From Gracilinanus agilis (taxonomy: Eukaryota), in NCBI RefSeq assembly GCF_016433145.1, contig NC_058131.1:583183999-583247998 (forward strand): a stretch of DNA of 64,000 nt. The letters run 5' to 3'. Under the pieces are notes generated by a model. It was not told the DNA's origin. It saw only the letters and a list, made by a program, of their open reading frames with translations, and made no database searches. Of this stretch, positions 1 to 11,435 are shown piece by piece (within the stretch, counting starts at the first letter, position 1; each line of letters starts with the position of its first letter). The position numbers were made by a program, and so were the translations under genes.

Positions 1-350
1 TAAATTGCTTTCTACGAATGTCAACTATTATTATTATGAAATCATGCTGGTCCTTTAGGATGATCCCTTTTTGATCTAGATGTTCACCAACCATTCCAAA
101 ATCTTGACAATAATCAAATTCTACCCTCTTCCCCTTTTTGATATGGCGATATTTTTCCTATTTTGAAAATTTTCAGTTCTACAGACCTTCCCTGCTTTCC
201 AAAAATCTCTCAAAGATCATTGACTGCCATTAATTCAGCAATCACATTCATTAGTTTTCTCTCTAGCCTTTGATGTAGTCTGTCTGGGTCTAGTGATCAA
301 CTCATTAAGAATTAGATGATCCCTTGCTACCTCCCTATTCATCTAGAATT
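1..350 (-). mobile_element. Ancient L3/CR1 LINE fragment
   Basis: Reverse complement resembles CR1 ORF2 (gtgattgctga...cagtcaatgatctttgaga). Confidence 0.55.
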
Positions 351-527
351 TCAACTGTCTGTTCTCTTTTTAGTCTATGGGCTTTGGTTCAAAGATTATT
401 CTCCTAAGCAAAGGAAATGCAAGACAATGAGAATTGACCAAGTCTACCATATCTCTTCAGTTTTTTAGCATCGTCCCATCCTCCCCAAACAGTGACCCTA
501 TTCCTTCATCAACCCTCCTCTTTCCAT

Positions 528-553
528 ATGTGTGTGTGTGTGTGTGTGTGTGT
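528..553. repeat. (TG)n microsatellite
   Basis: Direct reading. Confidence 0.95.
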
Positions 554-645
554 ATGTATGCATATATATAGCTAAAAACACATTCACACAACCCACACCC
601 TTTTTTGGTGTCAGCATTCCTTGCTGCCTTCACTTGAAACACTAC

Positions 646-1150
646 TGTGATATTGGAAATCTGTGGGTCTTAATATTGAGATTCATGATATAAACTTCCT
701 GTGGACGTTTAGGGGACTTGAAAACTATATTTCCCATGATTCAATGGGCTTCCTGTCTTATGTGGTGATGTGAGACAACATAAACAGAAGTTTAAATAGG
801 GAGAACTTGATTGGTACTTCCTGTTTCCTAGGAAGCAGCCAAGGGGAAGGTATGGAGGACCATTTTTGAATTAGATCTTAGCAGGCACGTGGTTCTTTGT
901 AATTATCAATATAGCTGTTAATAAAACCCTAATATCTTTTTTTTTAAACCCTTAACTTCTGTGTATTGACTCCTTGGTGGAAGAGTGGTAAGGGTGGGCA
1001 ATGGGGGTCAAGTGACTTGCCCAGGGTCACACAGCTGGGAAGTGTCTGAGGCCGGATTTGAACCTAGGACCTCCCGTCTCTAGGCCTGGCTCTCAATCCA
1101 CTGAGCTACTCAGTTGCCCCAGGACAATATTATTTTTGATGAGCTATACA
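646..1150 (+). mobile_element. Probable solo LTR interrupted by a SINE
   Basis: TGTGA start, internal AATAAA, ends ...ATACA. No matching TSD found. Confidence 0.45.
937..1120 (-). mobile_element. SINE1_Mdo-type SINE
   Basis: Reverse complement of ggggcagctgggtagctcagtggattgagag...aagggtttaaaaa. Confidence 0.92.
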
Positions 1151-1273
1151 GGGCACAAGTCCATGTACCATGCTTGGGTTATCCACCTATCTTCCCCTTT
1201 TTGCTCCTCACATAACCAGCCCATCTTAATCTCCTGGATGACATTCCTTACTCCAGTCTTCAAAGATCCTAAT

Positions 1274-1278
1274 TATAT

Positions 1279-1313
<35 letters not shown>

Positions 1314-1325
1314 TATATATATATA
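1274..1325. repeat. (TATACA)n/(TA)n microsatellite
   Basis: Direct reading. Confidence 0.95.
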
Positions 1326-1898
1326 TCCAGCTTAAACCCACCAAGCACTTTTCCATTGCCTTCAGCACGATAATCATTTTTAATTTTTTGAAAATTATAA
1401 TGTTCCATGACTTATAGCCAAAAAAAAACAGCAGCATGTTAGTATTAAAAACATAAGTTTATATTTCTGGGAGAAGGTTGCAGTGATTAGAACTTTGCAT
1501 TCTTCTGAAGCAACATATTCTTAATTTTTTCTAGCAGTATCTTGGAAGGAGATCATCCTTCCCTTTGAACCAGTCACTTGGCCTTGACAGGAAGATAAAA
1601 CAATGAGCGCAATTTGTAGGATATTATTACAAAACACTTCCAATTTCCACACTTGCTTGAAGTGAGATTTTCTGTTATTTTTGCTAGTAACCCTAAACTG
1701 CTTATTAAATATGATTTATTTTTTACTATTTGTACTTAATTTTTTCCCTTTGCCATCCCCACATATTTCTACTTATCCCTCAGGGCCCAGCTCAAATGGT
1801 ACTTCTTTGAAAATTTCTCCAATTCCCTAAATCAGAAAAAAAAAAAAAATCTCATGACTTGGCTCTCTTATAGTATTTAATTCTTTTACATACTTATA

Positions 1899-2083
1899 TT
1901 TTTTTTAAAACCCTTATACTTCGGTGTATTGTCTCATAGGTGGCAGAGTGGTATGGGTGGGCAATGGGGGTCAAGTGACTTGCCCAGGGTCACACAGCTG
2001 GGAAGTGGCTGAGGTTGGATTAGAACCTAGGACCTCCTGTCTCTAGGCCTGACTCTCACTCCACTGAGCTACCCAGCTGCCCC
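1899..2083 (-). mobile_element. SINE1_Mdo-type SINE
   Basis: Consensus match. TSD acata(c/t)ttatatt. Confidence 0.92.
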
Positions 2084-2118
2084 TACATATTTATATTTCA
2101 TGATATATTTAGTTAGTC

Positions 2119-2328
2119 TAGGCATTCTTAATCTGAAGTCTATGAACAGATTTTAAGGGGTCAGTGAATTTGTTTATTTGTCTTACATTTTGATAGCTAC
2201 ATATCAGCATCTTTCGTAATATTATGTATTTTGTTTTCTGCCTTAAAAAGATCATTCCGAGAAGAAGCACATGGGTTTCACCAGACTGCCAAAGGGGGCC
2301 ATGTCACAAAAACAATTTGAAGCTTCTG
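2119..2328. mobile_element. Old hAT-Charlie (Charlie4a-like) non-autonomous element
   Basis: Degenerate ...gttcttaa end and ttcaccagactgccaaaggggccatg motif. Related to 14437-14870 and 23590-23780. Confidence 0.5.
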
Positions 2329-2453
2329 GTATATATTTTGACCCAGCAATTTTACCACTAGGTCTGTACCCCAAAGATATCAAAAATAGGAGGAAAGGAT
2401 CTACTTGTAAAAAAATATTTATAGCAGCTCTTTTGGTAAAAGAATAGTATTGG

Positions 2454-2666
2454 TAGGGCAGCTGGGTAGCTCAGTGGATTGAGAGTCAGGCCTAGAGACG
2501 GGACGTCCTAGGTTCAAATCTGGCCTCAGACACTTCCCAGCTGTGTGACCCTGGGCAAGTCACTTGACCCCCATTGCTTACCCTTACCACTCTTCTACAT
2601 TGTATTGACTCCAAGACGGAAGGTAAGGGTTTTAAGAGAAGAAAAGAAAAGAAAAGAAAAGAAAAG

Positions 2667-2693
<27 letters not shown>
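2454..2693 (+). mobile_element. SINE1_Mdo-type SINE with (GAAAA)n tail
   Basis: Consensus match. 16-bp TSD aaaagaatagtattgg. Confidence 0.93.
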
Positions 2694-2697
<4 letters not shown>

Positions 2698-2755
2698 GAA
2701 TAGTATTGGGCCATGAGAAATGGCAAACAAAACAATCACAAAAAAATCCTGGAAA

Positions 2756-2951
2756 GGGGGCAACTGGATAGCTCAGTGGATTGAGAGTCAGGCCTAGAGA
2801 AAGGAGGTCCTAGGTTCAAATCCGGCCTCAGATACTTCCCAGCTATGTGACCTGGGCAAGTCACTTGACCCCCATTGCCCACCCTTACCATTCTTCCACC
2901 TATGAGCCAATACACAGAAGTTAAGGGTTTAAAAATAAAATAAAATAAAAT
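2756..2951 (+). mobile_element. SINE1_Mdo-type SINE with (TAAAA)n tail
   Basis: Consensus match. TSD aaaatcctggaaag. Confidence 0.92.
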
Positions 2952-4847
2952 AAAAATCCTGGAAAGACATGAAGCAAGGCAAAATGAAATGAACAGAACC
3001 AGGAGAACATGGTATACAGTAACACCAATAATGTATGATGATCAACTATGAATTCATTAACTTTTATCAGCAATGAAAGGATCCAGGACAACTCCAAGGG
3101 ACAAAAAAATCTATCCACCTCCAAAAGGAACAGAAGGAGTCTGAATGCAGATTGAAGCATATCATTCTTTATTTCCTCCACAAATTATTCTCTAGTGTAA
3201 GCAATATATGTCTTCTTTCACAACATGATGAACATAGAATTATGATATCACGATATCATAAACATGATAGTACATGTACAACCCATATCATATTACCTGC
3301 TGTCTCCTGGAGGAAGGAGGGGTGAAAGGGAGGGACAGAACATGGAGAGCAAAATGTCAGTAAAGGAGTATTAAAATTATATCTACATGAAAAAAGAAAA
3401 AACTTCTGGCATACTGAATCGTGGAAATAAAATCCTATCATCCTTACTCATTCTCTATTTGTCTCAACCATGCGTTTTTAGAGTACAATGAATCTCTCTG
3501 GTCTGATTTAGTTTATGAAAGAAAATGTCATCTCACCTCCTTGATTATAAACTTCTTGAGGGCAGGGATCGTGTCACAATCACTCAGCTTTGCCTTCAAA
3601 ACTAACAGAGTTCCTTCCATATGGTAAGTGCTTAAATACACTTTCTGAATAGAATGAAAATGCAGTATTCTGTTAAGACTAGACTGCTAATTGCAGACCA
3701 CATGTATTTATGGAACTAAGTTTCTGCATATTTCTTATCAGCCTGAACCGGCTGGAAATCTTGGAATCTGCCTATTTCTGGAATTCCTCCACAAAATCTG
3801 GTCAGTCAATGCCCAGGAAATGACTTGAGAATGTCATGCATTTCTTCCACACTTTTTTTTCCCTCGCTGTGGGTGGGGGAGGAAGAAGAGAGCCTAATGT
3901 GATAGAGACCATTAATTTTTTCCTTTATCCCATATCAACCATCAAATGGTCTCACTCCACTGCTTTTTACAACCCCAATCTTATGACCCACAGAATTAAG
4001 ATCATTCCTAAATTGCATATAGTTGAAACACTTTCTTTTTTTCTGCAAATATTATGGGAATGTTGAAGGGGTTGCATACTTACTCTCTCCACATCATTTA
4101 TTAATTTTTCTAATGGCACAGCCCTGGAGATTGATGTCATATTCCCTTCTTATGAACTCCATAAAACATAAATTTCTTTTTCTTCATTGTAATAGAGCTT
4201 TGTCATAATCACTACATTGTCAGAGATAATATTCATAGATCATATCAAGAGCTGGAATGGACCTCAGAGACCCTTATTATACAGACAACACTACAGAGGT
4301 CAAGGTAGCTAAGTGATTTGTTCAAAGTCACATTGGTGATAAATATCAGAGACAAGATTTGAACCCACAGTCTCTGATTCTAGTTCCAGTGCTCTTTCCA
4401 CTATACCATGCTGATCCCTAGCCCATTGAGAGTCCAAAACTGCTCTGAATTCCTCTGAGTACATAGGGTTCTGCCAATGTGCATGGTCTACAAAGAAATC
4501 CTCTGCCTAAAAGCCATTAAGAATTATAGGCTAGGGAAATATATGAAGAGGAGAAAAGAGAATAAGAATAATACATACTAGAGTTACATAAAAAATAGCC
4601 ATAAAATCAAAAGAAAAAAGTATCAAAACAAAACAAAACCAAAGAGAACTCAAAAGCAGAAGATGTTTATATTAGCACCCATATATAATTCAACTATTTT
4701 TCAACAAATGGTAAATAGTGTTAAGTTTGTGTTTGGAATATAATTTTTTTTGCATTTGTTTATTTAATTTTTTTGTTTTTGATGATGGTTTCTAAGAATA
4801 TAATAAGATGAAAAAAATTTTAAGAAAAAAAAAAGAATTATAAGCTA

Positions 4848-5085
4848 GGGGACAAGTAAGTAGCTCAGTGGATTGAGAGCCAGACCTAGAGACAAGTAGA
4901 TTGAGAGCCAGACGTAGACAGAAGTCCTGGGTTCAAATTTGACCTCAGATACTTCCTAGTTGTGCGACCCTGGGAAAGTCATTTAACCCCAACTGCCTAG
5001 CTCTTACCTCTCTTCTGCCTTGGAACCAATATATAATATTGGTTTTAAGATAAAAGGTAAAGGTATTTTTAAAACAAAAAAAAAT
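4848..5085 (+). mobile_element. SINE1-type SINE with a short internal tandem duplication
   Basis: gattgagagccagac occurs twice at 4871-4915. Confidence 0.85.
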
Positions 5086-5811
5086 TAAACGAATTATAGA
5101 CTCTAGAGTTAAAAGGAACCTTGGGGATCATTGTGTCCCAACCCTTCTGCTTTACCAGTGAGGAACCTAAAGCTCAGGGAGAATGACTGACTCATCAACA
5201 CAAAATAAACAAACCAGAATTCAAATCCAGGTTCTTTCATTCCAAATACAGGGCTCTTTTCACTTCCCAAAACACTCAAAATGAGGAAAACCAGGTTAAC
5301 TGGGGACTGAAAACTCTTGGAGTTTGAGGGAAAGACCCACCTGAGGGCCAAAACCTCATGAATCTGAAGCCAGAGAATATGTAGGTAGGTCAGAAAATGG
5401 AACAGCAACTAACATCAAATAGTTACACTGAATTAGGCAGCCAATTACTGCCTTGGGAAGTCTGCTGGTTGAGGAGTCACTCAGATAACTTTATGGCTTT
5501 TCTTTTCCCTCGAGAAATCCACCTGCTCAACTCCACAGGCTAGTCTAAAATACTGGGAAGTTAAGAGAGTTTAAGGAAGAGAATGGCCTGGGTTCAGTGC
5601 TTGGCCTCTGAGCTTCTTGACCTTCTTAGTAAGAAGCATGGACAGGAGCCACTGGAGGCAAAACATGCAACCAGCATTTCTGTCTCTCCACCAAAGCAAT
5701 CCTGAATGAGAGAACAGGCACTTCTTAGTAGGAGAATAAGAAAAGGCAACCTCAAAAGGAAATTACTCTCCTCTTTCCCATAGAGTGATTGATCTATGTC
5801 CCATTTCCTAC

Positions 5812-6122
5812 TGTTATGTAGAGATGGCAGCATGGAATCCCTGCAAAATACAGGGTCAGCCTCACCCAGAATTCCAGGGGACCCCCCCCTGGAGAACTTT
5901 GGGTGAGGGGGCAGTTGAGAGGGAGTTAAGACAGTTGCTTTCTGGGGGTTGAGGTGAGGGGATCACTGCTTACTGCTCCTGACTTGGGGGTTCACCTGAG
6001 TTGGTTTTTTTCTCAACTGCCCCCTCACCCAAAAGTTCTCCAGGGGGGGGGGTCCCCTGGAATTCTGGGTGAGGCTGACCCTGTATTTTGCAGGGATTCC
6101 TTGTTGCCATCTCTACATAACA
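5812..6122. mobile_element. Fold-back element with ~110-bp inverted arms, TGT...ACA termini and 4-bp TSD (CTAC); family unassigned
   Basis: Arms 5812-5920 and 6011-6122 differ by 2 substitutions and 2 homopolymer-length changes. CTAC at 5808-5811 and 6123-6126. Confidence 0.85.
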
Positions 6123-6499
6123 CTACTCCTTCCAGATTGGAAACCTTCTGTACTGTGAGGTAAGTGAGAGTATAATATAGAGGGAGAAAGCAATGAATGA
6201 ATACAGAGGGAAAGGGTCTGATGCTGCTACTTAAAAGATGTTAGACAAGTCATTTCTTCCTTCCAGGTTTCAGTTTCCTCTTCTATAAAATGAAGAATTT
6301 GAACTGAATGATTTCAAAAGTTCTTTCTAGTACTAGCTTTAAAAAAAAACCAATCTTAATTATTTTAAGTTTTTTTTCAATTTTAAGCTATTAAAAAAAA
6401 AAAAAACAACCTTAACTCTTAGTGTTAACTCTAAAACAGAAAAGCAGCTAGGAATTAGGGTTAAATAATTTGCCTAGGGATATACAGCCATAGCAGTAG

Positions 6500-6925
6500 T
6501 TTTGGTTATTGTTAAGTTGGTTTTTCAGTTGGGTCCTATTATTCATGATTCTATTTGGGGTTTTCTTTTCTTTTTTTTTAAACCCTTACCTCCCCTCTTG
6601 GAGTCAATACTGTGTATTAGCTCCAAGGCAGAAGAGTGGTAAGGGTAGGCAATGGAGGTCAAGTGACTTGCCCAGGGTCACACAGCTGAGAAGTGTCTGA
6701 GGCCAGATTTGAACCTAGGACCTCCTGTCTGTAGGCCTGACTCTCAATCCACTGAGCTACCCAGCTGCTCCCTGGGGTTTTCTTGGCAAAGATACTGGAG
6801 TGGTTTTCCATTTCCTTCTCCAGCTCATTTTACAGATGAGGAAACTGAGGCCAACTGGGTTAAATGATTTGCACTAGGTCACAAACTAGTAAGTGTCTGA
6901 GGCCAGATTTGAATCCAGGAAGACA
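6500..6925 (-). mobile_element. MAR1/core-SINE interrupted by the SINE1 at 6568-6772
   Basis: tggggttttcttggcaaagatactggagtgg...cattttacagatgaggaaactgaggc. TSD tggggttttctt around the inner SINE. Confidence 0.85.
6568..6772 (-). mobile_element. SINE1_Mdo-type SINE
   Basis: Consensus match. Confidence 0.92.
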
Positions 6926-6980
6926 AATTTAGCACATTAGAATTATACAATTCCTGTGATTCCTTCCTGTCAGTTGCCTT

Positions 6981-7183
6981 CTTTTTTTTTAAACCCTTAC
7001 CTTTCATCTTAGAGTCAATACTAGGTATTGGCTCCAAGGCAGAAGAGTGGTAAGTGTAGGCAATGGGGGTCAAGTGACTTGCCCAGGGTCACACAGCTGG
7101 GAAGTGTCTGAGACCAGATTTGAACCTAGGACCTCCTATCTCTAGGCTTGGCTTTCAATCTGCTGAGCTACCCAGCTGCCCCC
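6981..7183 (-). mobile_element. SINE1_Mdo-type SINE
   Basis: Consensus match. TSD agttgccttct. Confidence 0.92.
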
Positions 7184-7214
7184 TCCTAGTTGCCTTCTGT
7201 AATCTCATCTTGAA

Positions 7215-7490
7215 GTCTTCTAACCCTGATATATGGGCAGCTGGGTGATACATTGGAGAGACTTCTAGACCTGGAGTCAGGAAGACTGTTCTTCCTGAGT
7301 TCAAATCTGGTCTCAGATACTTACTAGCTGTATGACCCTGGAAAAGTGACTTAACCTTGTCTGCCTCAGTTTCCTCACCTGTAAAATAAGCTGGAAACAG
7401 AAATGGCAAACCATTCCAGTATCTTTGCCAAGAAAACCCAAAATGGAGTCATGAAGATTCAGACACAACTGAAATGCCTGAATAACAACA
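7215..7490 (+). mobile_element. MAR1 core-SINE
   Basis: Core gcctcagtttcctcacctgtaaaat plus ggcaaaccattccagtatctttgccaagaaaaccc tail. Confidence 0.88.
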
Positions 7491-7914
7491 ACCCCAATTT
7501 ACAGTCAATTCCAGCTTCCCAACAAGTTACCAATGAGATAAAATTGATGGGATTTTGCTGTTTTATTCCCCAGGAAATTTCTACTCACTATGGGGCTAAT
7601 GCTACATGAAGCAATGTTATGTTCTCTGTTTTCCATAATACCTAATAATTGAACAAAGACTATAGAAAACATCCACTCTCCTGAATTATCCTCAAGAGAA
7701 TTTCATTGTGACCAAGTCAAGGGGCCACTGGCCAAGGTTGGAAATATTTGCATAATAATTAACTTTTTATTTATTGTAGTCTTGTTTAATGGCAAAAGGC
7801 TTTAACCTAATTTCTTTCTTTTTACCCTGTGGCATTATTACCCAGTAAAAATTATTTCCCCAGCATCACCTTCTCTCAGACCTATCCTAACAGTAGTTCT
7901 GCTTGAGCTTTGGC

Positions 7915-8310
7915 AAAAATCAGTCAATAAACCTTTATTAAAAATTCTACAATGTGCCATGCACTGGGCTCTGCTGGGGATGCAAAGAAAGGTAAAAGGT
8001 CCACCATGATTTCAAAGAGCTCCCAATGGAATAGAAGAGACAGCATATAATCTACTCATGTAGAAAGAAGCTACTTATAGGATTCATTGAAGATAATGGA
8101 CAGAGGGAAGGCACTAAAATTTAGAAGGATAGGAAAAGACTTCCTGTAGAAGGTGAGATGTTACCTTGGACTTGAAGGAAACCAGGGAAGGCAGGAGGCA
8201 GAGATGAGGAGAGAAAGCATTCTTGGTGATGAGAGACAACCAGTGAAAATTCCTACAGCTGGGAGCTAGAGTGTCCTGCATTAGGAATAGCCAGCAGAGT
8301 TCTTTGCACA
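7915..8310 (+). mobile_element. L2 LINE fragment
   Basis: caataaacctttatta...atgtgcca...ctggg followed by a purine-rich L2 body. Confidence 0.65.
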
Positions 8311-8311
8311 T

Positions 8312-8540
8312 TTGTTGTTGTTCATTTCTTATGGTCCTGTCTGACTCTTATTGATCCCATTTGGAGTCTTCTTGGTAAAGACATTGGAGTAGCTTGCCAT
8401 TTGATTCATTTTACAAATGAAGAAACTGAGGCAAATAGGGTTAAGTGTCTTGCCCAGGGTCACACAGTTGATTTGAATTTGAACTCAGGTCTTCCTGACT
8501 CCAGTCCTAGTGTTCTATCAATTACCCCACCTAACTGCCC
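8312..8540 (-). mobile_element. MAR1 core-SINE
   Basis: Reverse-orientation core and tail. Confidence 0.8.
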
Positions 8541-9042
8541 ATCTTTGTACATAGTAGGAGTTTAATAACAACATACCACCAAACGATTCTCGAAGACCAC
8601 AAGGGGCTTTTCAATTTGCACTGGTAGAGAGGGATTCATTACCTGGGATTTCCTAAAGCAATAAAATTACAGGTCCAGTCCCAAATAGTCACTACCTATC
8701 TACTCTTTTTCCAAGGATACCCCCTGCATGTGGCTTTAATTCCTGCAATCAGTCTATCCCAGAGCTCCTAAAGAGCAACTCAGGAAAATTCCTCCATGGT
8801 TTGTCATTCTAGATGCTGGAGAGCTCTCTGTACCAAAAGAGAGGGTGGTATTTAATCAGCCTGCCAAATTCATGCTAACATTACTCAGAAGAAATTGGCC
8901 AATTTGAGCTATTCCAACTCGTATAGTCCTTTGCTTGCACATATGGCAAAAAGTGAAGAATTTATTATTTTTAAAGAGCAGGGACCTTACTGAAGTGGAA
9001 AGTCCTTCCAACATTGCAGATTACTATCTCTAAATCCTAGGG

Positions 9043-9372
9043 TCTTGGTGGCAGACCTATGGCATGCATGCCAGAGGGGGCACCCAGAGTCCTCTCTGTG
9101 GACACATGCACCGTCGCCCCAACAGAGTTTCCTTCTAGAAAGCCAAAGGGACAGGGGGACAGGCGGCTCTCCTCTCCCTCTCTATGCATACTGTTATGTA
9201 GAGTTGGAAGCTTGGAATCCCTGCAAAATACAGGGACAGTCTCACCCACACCTGGAATTCTGGGTGAGGCTGTCACTGTATTTTGCAGGGATTCCATGCT
9301 TCCAACTCTACATAACAACACCTGGGGACATTTCTCACATCATCCATGCCTCTAAGAGGTTCACCATCACTG
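9043..9372 (+). mobile_element. hAT MITE (CAGTGATGG-type TIR) carrying a nested fold-back element
   Basis: Perfect 8-bp TSD TCCTAGGG (9035-9042, 9373-9380). Right TIR aggttcaccatcactg. Related to 63606-63955. Confidence 0.85.
9192..9317. mobile_element. Short 126-bp copy of the TGT...ACA fold-back element (57-bp arms, 12-nt loop)
   Basis: Arms 9192-9248 and 9261-9317 with 3 mismatches. Flanks ATAC/ACAC. Confidence 0.85.
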
Positions 9373-10305
9373 TCCTAGGGAGTTGCCTAAAATATAAAGA
9401 GGTTAAGTCATTTTCCCAAGATCATAGAGCAAATAAGTGTCAGAAGTAATTTAAAATCACATCTGGCTTCCAAGTGCCACATTCTATCCCCTACACTGGA
9501 CTGGTTCTCCTTGTGTGTGGTAGACAATTAATAAACGTTTGCTTAATTGAATTGAATTCAGTTTCCTCAAATATATGTTGAGAGGGATTCCCTAGGTTCC
9601 TGGTGTGAGCGACAGGATCTTTTGATAGCTGATCTTTGATAAGGGTCAAACAAAAGTAAATTAAAACCATCAATCCATGACTGAACCTTCACCATTCTGA
9701 ACTTTCTCGAAGCCACATCTTGGTTCTTTAGAAACAATTCACAGAAACTCTCAGACAGGGAAAGTCAATTAAATTGCTTTTATAAGCATTTTTTGATAGA
9801 AGCGAAACTCTACAAGCCTTGTCGATTTTCTTGTAAAGAGAGTTTGAGGCAGTGACCTCAGGGGTCACCATCTTAGTCACACCAGCTTAGGCAAGCAAGC
9901 CAAAAGCACAAAACATTCTTTCCAACACACTGAAGAGGAAAGCATTTCATTATGATGAAGAGGCAGAGAAAGGCAATGTACTAGAGGGCCAGTCCTCGAG
10001 CCGAGGAAAGCTTTGGTTTGAGTTCCACTTTTGACATATATATAGGTGGGTAAAACTGGACAAGCCATTTAACCTCTCAGTGATCCGAGTTATTGTCTGT
10101 AACTGTAAGTTGTGAAGTAAACTGCATTGGCAAAGGGAGTTTCCTCATTCAGTGCCCTCAACTGAGTCAGGTCAAAAAAAAAGTGAGAGAATAATATTTT
10201 CAAACCTCATAGAAACTGAAGTGATCTACTGAGTTGAGTTCAGTTACTATATTGAATTTTGTAATTGACTAAAAAGCCAAAAATTTTTAAAAATCAGTCT
10301 TATTG

Positions 10306-10488
10306 GGGTAGCTGGTTAGTACAGTGGTTAGAGTGCCAGGCATGCAAGAGGATCTAGGTTCAACTCTAGCCTCATATACTTTCTAACTGTGTGACCCTGG
10401 GCAAATCACTTAACCCCATTTGCCTACCCTTTTGTAGTTCTTCTGTCTTAGAATTGTTACTAAGATAGAAAGTAAGGGTTTCTTTTTA
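10306..10488 (+). mobile_element. Older SINE1-type SINE
   Basis: gtgtgaccctgggcaaatcacttaacccc...aagtaagggttt. Confidence 0.8.
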
Positions 10489-10563
10489 ATCACTCATATT
10501 TTCATATCAATTTCTTCTCATTCTTTTTGGATTTAGTTTGAAGATTCTAAAAGACCTTTCAAA

Positions 10564-10823
10564 AACAACTGATTGATCACATGGGTAGATGGGGATATGA
10601 TTGGGGATATAGACTCTAAGTGATCACCCTAATGCAAATATTAATAATATGAAAATAGGTCTTGATCAATGACACATGTAAAACCCAGTAGAATTAATCG
10701 TTGGCTACAGGAGTGGGGTGGGAGGAGGGGAGGGAAAGAATATGAATCATGTAACCATGGAAAAAATATTCTAAATCAATTAAATAAATAAATAAGTAGT
10801 TAAATAAAAAAATTTCAAATAAA
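10564..10823 (+). mobile_element. 5'-truncated L1 (3'UTR only)
   Basis: Marsupial L1 3'UTR, A-rich tail, 15-bp TSD aaaagacctttcaaa. Confidence 0.9.
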
Positions 10824-11435
10824 AAAAGACCTTTCAAATAAACAAGCTTCATGACACTTATGTACATAGTTCAATGGAAAGTATTGGATTTGAGGTTAGA
10901 AAACCTGAATTCAAATCTAAAGTTCTGTCACTTACTACCTATGTGACCTTGGGCAAGTTGCTTATCCTTGCTTAACCTCGATTTCCTCAACTGTAAAATG
11001 GAAGGATTAGACTAGATGACTTTGGAGATCCTTTCCATCTCAAAAGCTGCAATCAAATCTTGGAATCACCTTAACACTTCTAACCCAAGTTCACAGGACT
11101 TCCAAGGATTCCCAACAAGTTAAAGAGGAGTAAGGAAATGGTACATCAACCATGTAATCAACAAATATCTATTAAGCTTATTATTATTTACTATATTCCA
11201 TTCTCTCTATCTATGACAATCTCTCTTCTCTCTATGATGGGGGCAGAGCCAAGATGGCAGCTCTGCAAAAGCTGAAACTACTCTGATAATCCTTCTGTTC
11301 TATCAATGATGATCCCAACACTGGGAAGATTAGACTTAGGAATTTTCAGCATCTTGAAGGACTCTGAAGATAGGCTGGAGTATCCAGGTACCCTGATTCC
11401 AAGTATATAACTAGCACTCAAGACTTGGGAAGTCA

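Larger units (their letters stand above)
2335..3400 (+). mobile_element. L1 3' end interrupted by two SINEs
   Basis: ctaggtctgtaccccaaag...atatttatagcagctct and the typical marsupial L1 3'UTR. Confidence 0.8.

Noticed and set aside
4871-4920. Short tandem duplication inside a SINE
   Set aside because: Ordinary slippage-type event, recorded under features only.
5812-9317. Fold-back elements read as CRISPR arrays, terminators or annotated miRNA genes
   Set aside because: Eukaryotic context. TSDs and transposon-like termini indicate mobile elements, and there is no expression evidence for a miRNA.
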